Below are positions 40,565 to 53,089 of a stretch of 64,000 bases of DNA, one piece after another. The translations under genes and the position numbers were made by a program. The notes under the pieces were generated by a model, which worked only from the letters and a program-made list of their open reading frames with translations, was not told the DNA's origin and made no database searches. The stretch covers positions 26,660,001-26,724,000 of the forward strand of contig OZ024760.1 in the NCBI GenBank assembly GCA_964016885.1. The letters are read 5' to 3'. Origin of the DNA: Eledone cirrhosa (Eukaryota). Each line of letters starts with the position of its first letter. The first letter of the stretch is position 1.

Positions 40565-43080
40565 ATGATTAATCTTTCCTGTATATATTCCATTAAAGAA
40601 ATATATTTCACCAATTAATCGGATGGTAAACCACGGAAGTGGAGATTTGGATTTTCAACAAGGAAGAAATTTCTACTATGATGTGTGTATTTCTAGTAAA
40701 TACTACACGTGGTGATAGCCAGTCGCAGATTTGAACTTGAAGTGTAAGTGAAAACGAAATTGTTAAAATGATACATGGTGTCAAATTGAGGAATGATCCA
40801 TACAGAGGACAGGAGCACCTGAAGGGCCTAAGGGACAAGATTAAGGAACTTAAGAAAACTAAGAAAATTCTGGTTCACTCTGACAAAACTAATAACCTGT
40901 ATGGATTAGATAAAGAGGAATACAATAAACTAATAATCAGAGAACTTTAAAAAAAACTATCGTAAAACGACCTCCGATAACCTCGAATCAATAAATAAGG
41001 AAGCTAAGGAAATTGTAACTAAGTTGGGGATCGAACACTACACGGACCGTACATACCTAGAACAGCGAGGATCAAAGACCATAAATATAATTTTGAATTA
41101 GATCTACCAGTTAGACTTATAGCACCATCTAAATCTGACTTAGGGATTATAAGAGCATACTAGACAGGATAATACTGCCATTAAAGCTGAGGACCCAACT
41201 TAAACTATGGAATGGAACCCATGAGGTTATTGAATAGTTCACAGAACTAGAAAGCAAAAGTAGGACTGAATTCATACAAATGGACATAACATAACTAGCT
41301 AATACTCATCAAAATTCACCAACACTACTCAATAAGACCCTGATACACGCAATGAAATATACGGATCTTACTAGTGAGAATGCTAACAGAAAAACGATAA
41401 TAGATTTCATGGACTATAGTGGACATACTGGAAAACTTCAACATCACAATGGGATCTACAGACTCAACTCAGGTTACAGACCTTGTGGGAGTTTACATCC
41501 TACACCTAATTAAAAGAAGGATGCCGGAACTGGGTGGCGGTTTGTACCGCGATGACGCTCTTTTTACTTTAATTAACCATAGCAACAGTGCCCTAAATAA
41601 GAAAAAGAAAATAATAATACATTTTTTTAAACAATTACGCTCTTAAGCTAGAAATAGGAAATAACAATAGAATAGCAAACTTCCTCGACATATCGTTAAA
41701 CCTTAATTCTGGCCTATACTACTCATACCATAAATTAAATGAAAACCTCAATTATGTTAGCTACTTCTCAAACCACCCTAGAAACGTTAAGAACGCCATA
41801 GTTAATAGTGTTCAACGAAGAATATCTGGACTCTCAGCTAACAAGGAGATCTTCGATGGCAAGGCTAAATACTATAATAATGCAGTAGCTAGAGCAGGTT
41901 AGCAGGATAAAATTGAGTACATGCATATAGATAGAAAAAATTACACACCCACTCATAGAGACAAACACGCCATAGACATAAACACTAACATACACACAAT
42001 TAATAGTAATGGAAATAATAGGTGTACTCAAACCCAAAACAATAGAGACGGGACAAACCTGGCTCCAAATAGATATAACTCAACTACCACCATAAAGTTA
42101 AATAAGAGAGTGAGATCCCGCTCCGTTCTGTGATACAATCCACCCCACTCCTTTGGACTACAAAATAACATAGCTAAGCTTTTTTGAACGCATTATATAA
42201 ATGTTTTCCTAAATGACATAAATACAGTCAAATCTTTAATCGACACACAAATAAACCAAAGGCATAGACCAGAATACAGTGAAGATTAACAATAGAAATC
42301 TGGGAATTAAACATAAAGAGATAACTCACGTCAGCAAGCACAGAAACACAGATAGAGTAAACAACTCGAATAACAGGGATAACACCATTAACATAGGTGA
42401 GGTAAACCAATGGACACTCATACACAGGGAGGGAACACTGAATGGTAACGTAAATAATTGCAATTGCAGAAATCATAATAGTTGCCCAATGAAAAACAAC
42501 TGTTTAGATAAAAATATTATTTATGAATGTGAAGTAAAAACGAGTAATAAGATTTATAGTTATATTGGTTCAACTTCTACTAGATTTAAGGAAAGGTTGT
42601 ACAACCATCGCCACTCATTTAAAAGAGCTGATAAAAGATCTAGTACAGCCCTATCGGAACTGATTTGGTCGTTAAAAATAAATAAGTGGAGTATTCCCTT
42701 TCTTGGTCAAAGCTCTCACATGATTTTCCATATATAAATACATCTATATCTAGGGGGTGTGACCTCTGTATTACAGAGACTCTACACATCATAAATAGTA
42801 GACATAAAATTATTAATTAACGCTCTGAAATGTATAATTCTCGTATACACAAAATTAATAAGACATTTCGTAGAGTATATAGTTAAAACTTGATTTCGGG
42901 CATATGTATACTGGTCGGTGAAGCGAAAAAATATGACCGTTAAATATCAATGGAACTTTACATCTCGTTTGGATTTTTGTCTGAAGATATCACGTAGGGC
43001 AGTTGTTATACAACTGTCTTTGAAATACGTATAACAAAATAAATAGGAATGTACAAATGAAACCGTCTTTCTTGTTTATT
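40565..43080 (+). mobile_element. Penelope-like retroelement, Naiad type, near full length but degenerate (stops and frameshifts)
   Basis: HSDKTNNLY; ITMGSTDSTQVTDLVG; GLYRDD; NFLDISL; YNPP; CNC-x5-C-x5-C finger; IIY...YIGST..FKER..NH GIY-YIG; CDLC..E; 3' hammerhead. Confidence 0.9.
42975..43039 (+). ncRNA. Hammerhead ribozyme in the 3' end (pLTR) of the Naiad element
   Basis: TTTTGT/ACAAAA stem I, CTGAAGA, AGGGCAGTTGT/ACAACTGTCTT stem II, GAAA-TACGTA-TA. Confidence 0.8.
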
Positions 43081-43090
43081 ATATATATAT

Positions 43091-43143
<53 letters not shown>

Positions 43144-43145
43144 TA

Positions 43146-43422
43146 GGTCGTGAGTTCGATTCTCGGGGGTGCATTGTGACCTTGAGCAAGGCACTTTATA
43201 TCACGTTGCTCCAGTCCACTCACATGGCAACAATTAGTTGTACCTGTAGTTCGAATGGCCAGCCTTGTCACATACGATGTCATGCTGAATCTCCCTGAGA
43301 ACTACGTTAAGTATACACATGTCTTTGGAATGCTCAGCCACTTTCACGTTAATTTCACAAGCAGGTTGTTCCGTTGATCTTATAAACTGGAACACTCATC
43401 GTCGTAACCGACGGAGTGCCAG
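43146..43422 (+). mobile_element. SINE S2, slightly 5'-truncated
   Basis: B box GAGTTCGATTC, CORE-like TGTGACCTTGAGCAAGGCACTT. Confidence 0.8.
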
Positions 43423-43677
43423 GTTTAAGTTTAATACCACACACTATATATTATACTACATATACCTTATTATACATACCTGTATACACGTATGCCTCAT
43501 TATACGACTATATTACATTATAGACACTATATCTTAATCACATGTTGAAACATTTATATATGTGACGGTATGTATGTATGTATATATACGTGTGTGAGTG
43601 TGTATTCATATATGTGTGTCTATGGATGTATACACGTATATATATATGTGTGTGTGTGTGTTTGTGTGTAAGTATAA

Positions 43678-46600
43678 GGGTATTTGGAGTAACGTTACTC
43701 GAAAAAGTGCGTAGCTCAGAGATGAGAGAGTCACTCCAGGTAGAGCTGCTACTTCTCTGAATTGAGAGATCACAGCTCTGATACTATGGATATTTGGTTA
43801 GAATGTCTCAGGAAAGAATCAGTGGACAGATTTGTAGCTTGGAGATCAGAGAGTCACTCCAGGTAGATCTGCTACATCTCCGAATTGAGAGATCATAGCT
43901 CTGATACTATGGATATTTGGTTAGAATGTCTCAGGAAAGAATCAGTGGACAGATTTGTAGCTTGGAGATCAGAGAGTCACTCCAGGTAGATCTGCTACTT
44001 CTCCGAATTGAGAGATCATAGCTCTGATACTATGGACATTTGTTTAGAATGTCTCAGGAAAGAATCACTGGACAGATTTCTAGCTTGGAGATGAGAGAGT
44101 CACTCCAGGTAGAGCTACTACTTCTCTGAATTGAGAGATCACAGCTCTGATACTATGGATATTTGGTTAGAATGTCTCAGGAAAGAATCACTGGACAGAT
44201 TTGTAGCTTGGAGATCAGAGAGTCACTCCAGGTAGAGCTGCTACTTCTCCGAATTGAGAGATCACAGCTCTGATACTATGGATATTTGGTTAGAATGTCT
44301 CAGGAAAGAATCACTGGACAGATTTGTAGCTTGGAGATCAGAGAGTCACTCCAGGTAGAGCTGCTACTTCTCCGAATTGAGAGATCACAGCTCTGATACT
44401 ATGGATATTTGGTTAGAATGTCTCAGGAAAGAATCACTGGACAGATTTGTAGCTTGGAGATCAGAGAGTCACTCCAGGTAGAGCTGCTACTTCTCCGAAT
44501 TGAGAGATCACAGCTCTGATACTATGGATATTTGGTTAGAATGTCTCAGGAAAGAATCACTGGACAGATTTGTAGCTTGAAGATCAGAGAGTCACTCCAG
44601 GTAGAGCTGCTACTTCTCCGAATTGAGAGATCATAGCTCTGATACTATGGATATTGGTTAGAATGTCTCAGGAAAGAATCAGTGGACAGATTTGTAGCTT
44701 GGAGATCAGAGGGTCACTCCAGGTAGAGCTGCTACTTCTCCGAATTGAGAGATCATAGCTCTGATACTATGGATATTTGGTTAGAATGTCTCAGGAAAGA
44801 ATCACTGGACAGATTTGTAGCTTGGAGATCAGAGAGTCACTCCAGGTAGAGCTGCTACTTCTCCGAATTGAGAGATCATAGCTCTGATACTATGGATATT
44901 TGGTTAGAATGTCTCAGGAAAGAATCAGTGGACAGATTTGTAGCTTGGAGATCAGAGAGTCACTCCAGGTAGAGCTGCTACTTCTCCGAATTGAGAGATC
45001 ACAGCTCTGATACTATGGATATTTGGTTAGAATGTCTCAGGAAAGAATCACTGGACAGATTTGTAGCTTGGAGATCAGAGAGTCACTCCAGGTAGAGCTG
45101 CTACTTCTCCGAATTGAGAGATCATAGCTCTGATACTATGGATATTTGGTTAGAATGTCTCAGGAAAGAATCACTGGACAGATTTGTAGCTTGGAGATCA
45201 GAGAGTCACTCCAGGTAGAGCTGCTACTTCTCCGAATTGAGAGATCACAGCTCTGATACTATGGATATTTGGTTAGAATGTCTCAGGAAAGAATCACTGG
45301 ACAGATTTGTAGCTTGGAGATCAGAGAGTCACTCCAGGTAGAGCTGCTACTTCTCCGAATTGAGAGATCACAGCTCTGATACTATGGATATTTGGTTAGA
45401 ATGTCTCAGGAAAGAATCACTGGACAGATTTGTAGCTTGGAGATCAGAGAGTCACTCCAGGTAGAGCTGCTACTTCTCCGAATTGAGAGATCACAGCTCT
45501 GATACTATGGATATTTGGTTAGAATGTCTCAGGAAAGAATCACTGGACAGATTTGTAGCTTGGAGATCAGAGAGTCACTCCAGGTAGAGCTGCTACTTCT
45601 CCGAATTGAGAGATCACAGCTCTGATACTATGGATATTTGGTTAGAATGTCTCAGGAAAGAATCACTGGACAGATTTGTAGCTTGAAGATCAGAGAGTCA
45701 CTCCAGGTAGAGCTGCTACTTCTCCGAATTGAGAGATCATAGCTCTGATACTATGGATATTTGGTTAGAATGTCTCAGGAAAGAATCAGTGGACAGATTT
45801 GTAGCTTGGAGATCAGAGAGTCACTCCAGGTAGAGCTGCTACTTCTCCGAATTGAGAGATCATAGCTCTGATACTATGGATATTTGGTTAGAATGTCTCA
45901 GGAAAGAATCACTGGACAGATTTGTAGCTTGGAGATCAGAGAGTCACTCCAGGTAGAGCTGCTACTTCTCCGAATTGAGAGATCATAGCTCTGATGCTAT
46001 GGATATTTGGTTAGAATGTCTCAGGAAAGAATCAGTGGACAGATTTGTAGCTTGGAGATCAGAGAGTCACTCCAGGTAGAGCTGCTACTTCTCCGAATTG
46101 AGAGATCACAGCTCTGATACTATGGATATTTGGTTAGAATGTCTCAGGAAAGAATCACTGGACAGATTTGTAGCTTGGAGATCAGAGAGTCACTCCAGGT
46201 AGAGCTGCTACTTCTCCGAATTGAGAGATCACAGCTCTGATACTATGGATATTTGGTTAGAATGTCTCAGGAAAGAATCACTGGACAGATTTGTAGCTTG
46301 GAGATCAGAGAGTCACTCCAGGTAGAGCTGCTACTTCTCCGAATTGAGAGATCACAGCTCTGATACTATGGATATTTGGTTAGAATGTCTCAGGAAAGAA
46401 TCACTGGACAGATTTGTAGCTTGGAGATCAGAGAGTCACTCCATGTAGAGCTGCTACTTCTCCGAATTGAGAGATCACAGCTCTGATACTATGGATATTT
46501 GGTTAGAATGTCTCAGGAAAGAATCACTGGACAGATTTGTAGCTTGGAGATCAGAGAGTCACTCCAGGTAGAGCTGCTACTTCTCCGAATTGAGAGATCA

Positions 46601-47235
46601 CAGCTCTGATACTATGGATATTTGGTTAGAATGTCTCAGGAAAGAATCACTGGACAGATTTGTAGCTTGGAGATCAGAGAGTCACTCCAGGTAGAGCTGC
46701 TACTTCTCCGAATTGAGAGATCACAGCTCTGATACTATGGATATTTGGTTAGAATGTCTCAGGAAAGAATCACTGGACAGATTTGTAGCTTGGAGATCAG
46801 AGAGTCACTCCAGGTAGAGCTGCTACTTCTCCGAATTGAGAGATCACAGCTCTGATACTATGGACATGTGGTTAGAATGTCTCAGGAAAGAATCACTGGA
46901 CAGATTTGTAGCTTGGAGATCAGAGAGTCACTCCAGGTAGAGCTGCTACTTCTCCGAATTGAGAGATCACAGCTCTGATACTATGGACATGTGGTTAGAA
47001 TGTCTCAGGAAAGAATCACTGGACAGATTTTACGGGCAAAACCAATTGGCAGGAGACCCAGGGGCAGAGACTGGGCAAGATGGCTGGATAACATCCATGA
47101 TCTTGGCTGGTCTCGCTTGGGGATCCAGCCGGCTCAGTTGGAGACGGTTGCTTTTGACAGGATCCGCTCGAGGGCTAGTTTGAGGACTCAGCCCACCATG
47201 ACACTCACAGGAATAAGTGGCTGAGGAGGAAGAAG
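43678..47235 (+). mobile_element. RTE-clade LINE 3' end interrupted by a tandem expansion of its own sequence
   Basis: GVTLLEKVRSSE.RESL..IERSQL*YYG..RM..ERI; GRRPRGR...RW.D; ends GGAATAAGTGGCTGAGGAGGAAGAA. Confidence 0.85.
43711..47030. repeat. 123-bp tandem repeat, ~27 copies, derived from RTE coding sequence
   Basis: GTAGCT at 43711, 43834 and onward; in-frame TGA in every unit. Confidence 0.97.
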
Positions 47236-47400
47236 TGTGTATGTATGCATCTGTATATATATATGAAACAGAGAGAGAGAGTGTGTGTTTGTGAGAAGAG
47301 TGTGTGTGTGTGTGTGTGACAGGAAGGGAGTATATGAGAGAAATATATAGAGTGCGTTTGTGAGATAGCGAGAGAGTGTGCTTGTGAGAGAGAACGTCTA

Positions 47401-47434
<34 letters not shown>

Positions 47435-47476
47435 GGAGACTGACAGACAAAGAGAAAGTGTGTATGTATGTATGTG

Positions 47477-47522
<46 letters not shown>

Positions 47523-48385
47523 GTAGTAAAGTGACGTAGTTTGAGAGAGGGGGTGGTTGTAGTAAAGTGATGCCCCCCCCCCCCCCCCCCCCTAAACAAC
47601 GCCTTCATTCCTCAAAAGTTGCCAAGCAGCCACACAGAGGTGAATGTTTGGGAGAGAATAGAATTTTGATTTTAATTCTACAACTACTGTGGTGGCGGGG
47701 GGGGGGGGGTACTGGTGGTGGTGGTGTATTAGGGATGGTGGTGGTGCTGCTCTGCTGCTGCTGCTGGTCCTGGTGCTGGTGGTGATGATATTGGGGATAT
47801 ATATTTGGTATACATACATACGGTATATATATATATATATGTAAATATGATAATAATGGAGCTGCGGCGTTGCAAATGGGTTACATATAAAAAAGGGGGG
47901 GAGTCCTTCATCAGTGACCCTCCAACCGTCCCAGGCATTTCATCGCTTTAAGGGCCATATACCTCAGGTTGGTGCGAACAACGGCTAAAAAAAGTCGTTG
48001 GGACACGTAAATAAAGAGAACGTTAGGGTGAACAAACAAAATGGTTTAAGCAACAGAAAGTGAGAGGAAAGAGACAAGTCCCAGATTTCTATGAATATAA
48101 ACTCGATAAAATCGAGTTTATATATATATATATACTATATATAGAGTTATAAACTCAAACAGTCTTTTACAATTAAATAGCTCAAAGAAAGAGGTAATTC
48201 TGAGCCGTGAAATACAAATTAATATAAATTAATATGTGATAAACACTAATACAATTATATAAGTGTTTGTATTGCAAATGACCAAGTTAGCTAGATTGAA
48301 AAATACTAATTAAATTAATACAGTTTGCCTGTCTCGATTTAAAATAATAAATCATTAAAAACAAACCCATATTGGCAATAGCCGT

Positions 48386-48475
48386 GATACCTGGACAAAT
48401 TTAAATTTCAAAACCCAAATTCGTTTCGCAACGATTAGTGAAAGATTCCCTTTTCTGTGCTCTTCGGCAGGTATC
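48386..48475 (-). ncRNA. Hammerhead with CCGAAGA core (diverged homolog of the 13407 family)
   Basis: GATACCTG/CAGGTATC stem I (8 bp), GCA/TGC stem II, CGAATTT/AAATTTG stem III, GTC. Confidence 0.8.
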
Positions 48476-48546
48476 CAGAAAATTGGTATGTTTCACCTCA
48501 AAATACTTAGGAGGACTGATAGACAAGTGTTGACGCACATGGTTTT

Positions 48547-48604
48547 TCGAAAATGCAACTGGAGTCTTATTTTTTAAAAAATAAGACTCCAGTTGCATTT
48601 TCGA
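48547..48604. repeat. Perfect 58-bp palindrome
   Basis: TCGAAAATGCAACTGGAGTCTTATTTTTT / AAAAAATAAGACTCCAGTTGCATTTTCGA. Confidence 0.9.
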
Positions 48605-48680
48605 TTTCATCTTTTTTTCTTTATACTTTCACTCGTGTAGGACACCTCGGTTATTTTTCATTGTGTAAAAAAACCCTCAC

Positions 48681-48717
<37 letters not shown>

Positions 48718-49169
48718 TATGTAGAAGTTCTATTTAAATTGTTGGGATACAACAAGCAAATATTTTTATAACTGATATAAAGCACTCAACAAATTATTGG
48801 AGTAAAAATACGATAGAAAAAAATATATAGTAATAATATAATTATTGGAGTAAATATACGATATATATATATATAGTAATAATAATAAATTTGAAGACTA
48901 AAATCCAAAGAGGGCTCGAGAAGTATAAATATATCAAATATATAAGAATCGTAAAGCAAATATTTATTAAAATAACTGATTAAAGTTTAATCAAAGAATC
49001 GCTGCTTTCAGAAAATCACGTTAAGGGTGAAAGCAGCGATTCTTTGCTTAAACTTTAATCTATTATTTTTATAAATATATATATATATGAAATTTAATAT
49101 ATATGACACCTCGTTCCTACTTATTAATATATATACATATATATTATATGTCAGTGTGTGTATTTATAC

Positions 49170-49240
<71 letters not shown>

Positions 49241-49390
49241 TGTGTGTGTGTAAATCTGAATAAACCAAGGTTTTAAAATTAAATCCATCTTTAATATCAA
49301 CTATCAAAATATTATTGAATTCCTCCACTTTAATTGCTCACACACACACATATATATATATACCACACACACACATATATATATATACCT

Positions 49391-49441
<51 letters not shown>

Positions 49442-49721
49442 CACACACACACACAGATATATATATATATATACCACACACACACACAGATATATATATA
49501 TATATACCACACACACACACTCACATATATACCACACACACTCACACACACAGATATATATATATATACCACACGCACACACACATATATATATATATCA
49601 CAAACACAAACACACATATATACCCCGCAAACATACACACACATACATACCCCACAAACACACACACACACACATATATACCCCCCCCCCCCTACACATG
49701 CATTATATATATGTATATATA

Positions 49722-49880
49722 CAGTGTACCTCCGGAAACGACAGTTCCGGTTATTCGCGGAATTTTCCTTAGAACCTAACTAATAAATGTTTTGGGGGAA
49801 TTCACCTCATATTCGCGGAATCGTAAATATCTTCCGCGATTTTCGTGGCAATAAATATATATTTTGACGCTAAATTATTA
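49722..49880. mobile_element. Possible Tigger/pogo-like MITE end
   Basis: TA-CAGTGTACCTC start and repeated ATTCGCGGAA; no second terminus seen. Confidence 0.3.
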
Positions 49881-49889
49881 ATAACAATA

Positions 49890-51030
49890 TACGGTATTTG
49901 CCGGTCCATCTGCTGTCAACAACCGCTTCGTGGAGGGCTGGGGAAGCCGTCGTGGCTGATGATGCGCAGACATGTGCTCAGGTTACGGCATCTCCACCTC
50001 TTCCTTGACGTTGAACAGGTGTGGTCGCTGTTTGCTGGACACGTTTTTACCTCAGCTCGTCTCCTTGACGGAGCTGTAGTCCTCGGTCAAGCGAAGACCG
50101 AGAGGAAACGCTTCGAGACTGAAACATCTTCAGGCGCTCACAGCCCTCGACCAGTCGGGCGCTGCTATGGGTGGAAAATCCACCTTGGCGTTCTATAGAG
50201 AGTTAGTGGAGGACAAGAACGACGATGTCCTTGGAGAAACTCTGGGTGTCGACGAAAGCCAACAAGCTATTCTTTTCGGAAGGACTTTCGGTCCGGGGCC
50301 AATGGATAACTTCTAGAAGTCCCTGGCCTGGCAGTGTTACCGAGGTGTGTTGCCAGTTCGAGATAACCTTTACAGGCATGGAAGTGCGCATCGGGCGACG
50401 AGGCCGTCATTCACGCACTCGTCCAGTGTCCGAGCATCGCTGACTTGTGGGTTTATGTCACGCGTATGATGGATCCAGCTATCAGCTGAGTCCATCGTGA
50501 GGATTGCCCCGTCGCCTTCCTTTAGCCGGGAAGGGCAGGCAGTTTTTATCTGCCTGATGGCCATGGAAAAAGAGATCGTATGGTGGACATATCTGAACGG
50601 GTACTTTCCTCTTCGGTGATGCCCTCATTAACTTTTTCAGGTTTCACCAGAAAAGGAAATTAGGGTGGAGAGGGAAGTGCTATCTTCCAGCCAGTTTGTT
50701 GAAAGGTGGGTGAGAGAGGCAGGAATGACCCGTGTAAATGGGCCCATCCTGAGCGTGTGCCTGTAGCATCGTAGGAGGTAAACTGGAAGAGGGCGCTTGC
50801 CCTAGCAGTCAGGGTAACCGTGGCTTTTCGTGGGCTTTCTCCACGAGTGACCCTCGGAAGTCTTATTGGGGTATTTTTCCTTTGTTTTTGTTTATATATA
50901 TATGTATAATTTTGCTTTTATTTACACGCAGAAATGTCCATTTGTACCCTCATGTAGCGTCCAGTGCTCTCCTTAATGTTATACTTTGTGTCAACCCTTG
51001 TGGTTAATGAAGAAAGCATTATTATCATTA
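49890..51030 (+). mobile_element. L1/Tx1-like LINE 3' fragment, degenerate
   Basis: AWQCYRGVLPVRDNL and HALVQCPSIADLW (zf-RVT-like C-terminus); 3' UTR homologous to 62060-62535 (-). Confidence 0.7.
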
Positions 51031-51037
51031 TTATGAA

Positions 51038-51346
51038 GGGCGGTGAATTGGCAGTATCGGTAGAGGGTCGGACACCATGCTTTGACGCATAGAGTTACGG
51101 CCCTTGCCATTCTGAGATTAAATCCCGCCGAGGTTAACTTTGCCTTTCATCCTTACGGGGTCGATAAAATAAAGTACCAGTAATGTACTGGGTAATTGCT
51201 GGCCTTGTGCCAATAGTAGAAACAATTATTATCATTATTATTATTATTATTGCCTTTCATCGTTACGGGGTCGATAAAATAAAGTACCAGTAATGCACTG
51301 GGTAATTGCTGGCCTTGTGCCACAAGTAGAAACAATTATTATTATT
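51038..51346 (+). mobile_element. SINE S1 with a duplicated 3' half after its (TTA)n tail
   Basis: Full S1 at 51038-51251, second core and tail at 51252-51346. Confidence 0.85.
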
Positions 51347-51349
51347 GCG

Positions 51350-52770
51350 TTATTCCGTTTAGCTCAGTTCTGTTTCTTTATTGCCAGGTTCACGCCCTGA
51401 ACCTAGGGCAATAGAGGTTTTCATTGTAGAGAGAGAACTCGTATGAGAATGTGTGTTGTTCCTAGAAGCCTGATCTTCTGTTGCTCATATTTGCTGATCT
51501 TGCAGGAAAGGACACTAAGGTGCAGATCTGATAATTTGGGTATTAATCCTAATGCTCCTATTACCACAGAGATAATATTTGTGGTCATCCCCCACATGTG
51601 GTTGATCTCTATTTCCAGGTCTTTGTATTTTGACAGTTTTTTCCATTGTTTTTATAGATATATTCTTGTCAGCTGGTACAGAAATATTTATAAAGCTACA
51701 TGTCCGATCTGTTTTGTTTTTTTATGATATCTGGTGTGTTGGCAGCGATTCTCGGTCGGTTATTACAGACACATACCACAAGATGGATATGTTGCCCTTT
51801 TCCATGATTTTTTTTTTTGATTTTTTTTTTTGATGTTCATACAATTTGTTAGAAGTTTGGATGTCATGAGAGCGGCAGAGCATCCAGTGCACATATTTGG
51901 CAATGCGGTTGGGTCTTTCGATGTAGTTTTTGCCAGCTCTGAACACCCAGAGATAACATTATCTACCGTTTCTTCATGTTTGTAGCATATTCTGCATAGA
52001 GGGCTAGTCCCATCATTCACTATTCTGTGTCTATAGGCCCGAATGTTTAGAGATTGGTCTTGTGCCGCAACTAAGATTCCCTCAGTCTCTGCTTTCAAAC
52101 CACCACTCTGGGCCAGGATAGTGAGCCATGCTGATCGATATCATTGTCAGAAAGTCATTCTGGGAATCTACCATGTAGTGGTTTTGCCTTCCATTCATGG
52201 TTTAGTTCCACTGTTTGAAGTTTCTTTGCTTTGATCTTCACAGCCATAGCTAGCTGTGCAGCACTCTGTTGTTGATTTTCTATGGGTATGTCTTGTCCCA
52301 TGATCAGTTTTTTCCCCTAAATGTTCTTGCCTCTTTTGTTATTGAGTGTACTTTCTTAATTCATTCATGCTTGAGTACAGGCATAAGGGGTTCATCTCAA
52401 GTGTGGTGAAGGTAGCTATCCAATCCAATGGTTGCTATTTTGTTTACAGCTTCCAGTTGTTGGAACCCCTTCCACCTTCTCTCCTTGAGATATACAAGCC
52501 TATGTACATCGGTTTTTTGGTGGTGAATTTTTTCCATTGTCAATAATTTCCTTGTCTTAGTGTCCAACCTTTGTAGCTCTTGCAGGTTCCAGTTTATGAT
52601 GTTAAAGCTGTATGTTATAACTGGTACTGCTAGACTGTTAATGGCTTTGAACTTGTTGCACGAGTCTCACTCTCCTTATTATACTCCTTCCGTATCTTTT
52701 CTTTTACTTGCATGCTGGATTCCATCTCCTTCATTAACTCCAAGATATTTGTAGAACTCTTCATTGTTAA
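51350..52770 (-). mobile_element. R4/Dong-like LINE fragment, degenerate
   Basis: ETEGILVAAQDQSL, CRIC...ETVDNVISGC, IAKYVHWMLC, ILW...ITDR. Confidence 0.8.
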
Positions 52771-53089
52771 GTTCCTTTATTATTATTATCATTATTATTG
52801 TTTTTATCCTTTTCCTTCAGTATTGTTTCTGATATATGCCGTCTTCCTGACACCTAGGGCAACTAAACCCATTGTATACATTGGTAAGCCAGTTAACACA
52901 CCACATTGAATATAATTTACAGCTTATCATTCTTACAGAAGGATATCATTCTCATAGAGATAGTCCTCGACTCACACACACGCACACATACACACACAAT
53001 AGTGGGGGGTATCATATTCACAGAGATAGTGCTACACACACACACACATCCACACAAGGGGCGTGGTATATGATTCTCACAGAGATAGT

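Noticed and set aside
41230-42135. In-frame stops in the Naiad ORF as selenocysteine recoding
   Set aside because: The TGA at 42131 and TAG near 41235 sit at expected Trp positions (W-F/Y-NPP, VIEWF) and accompany frameshifts; ordinary decay
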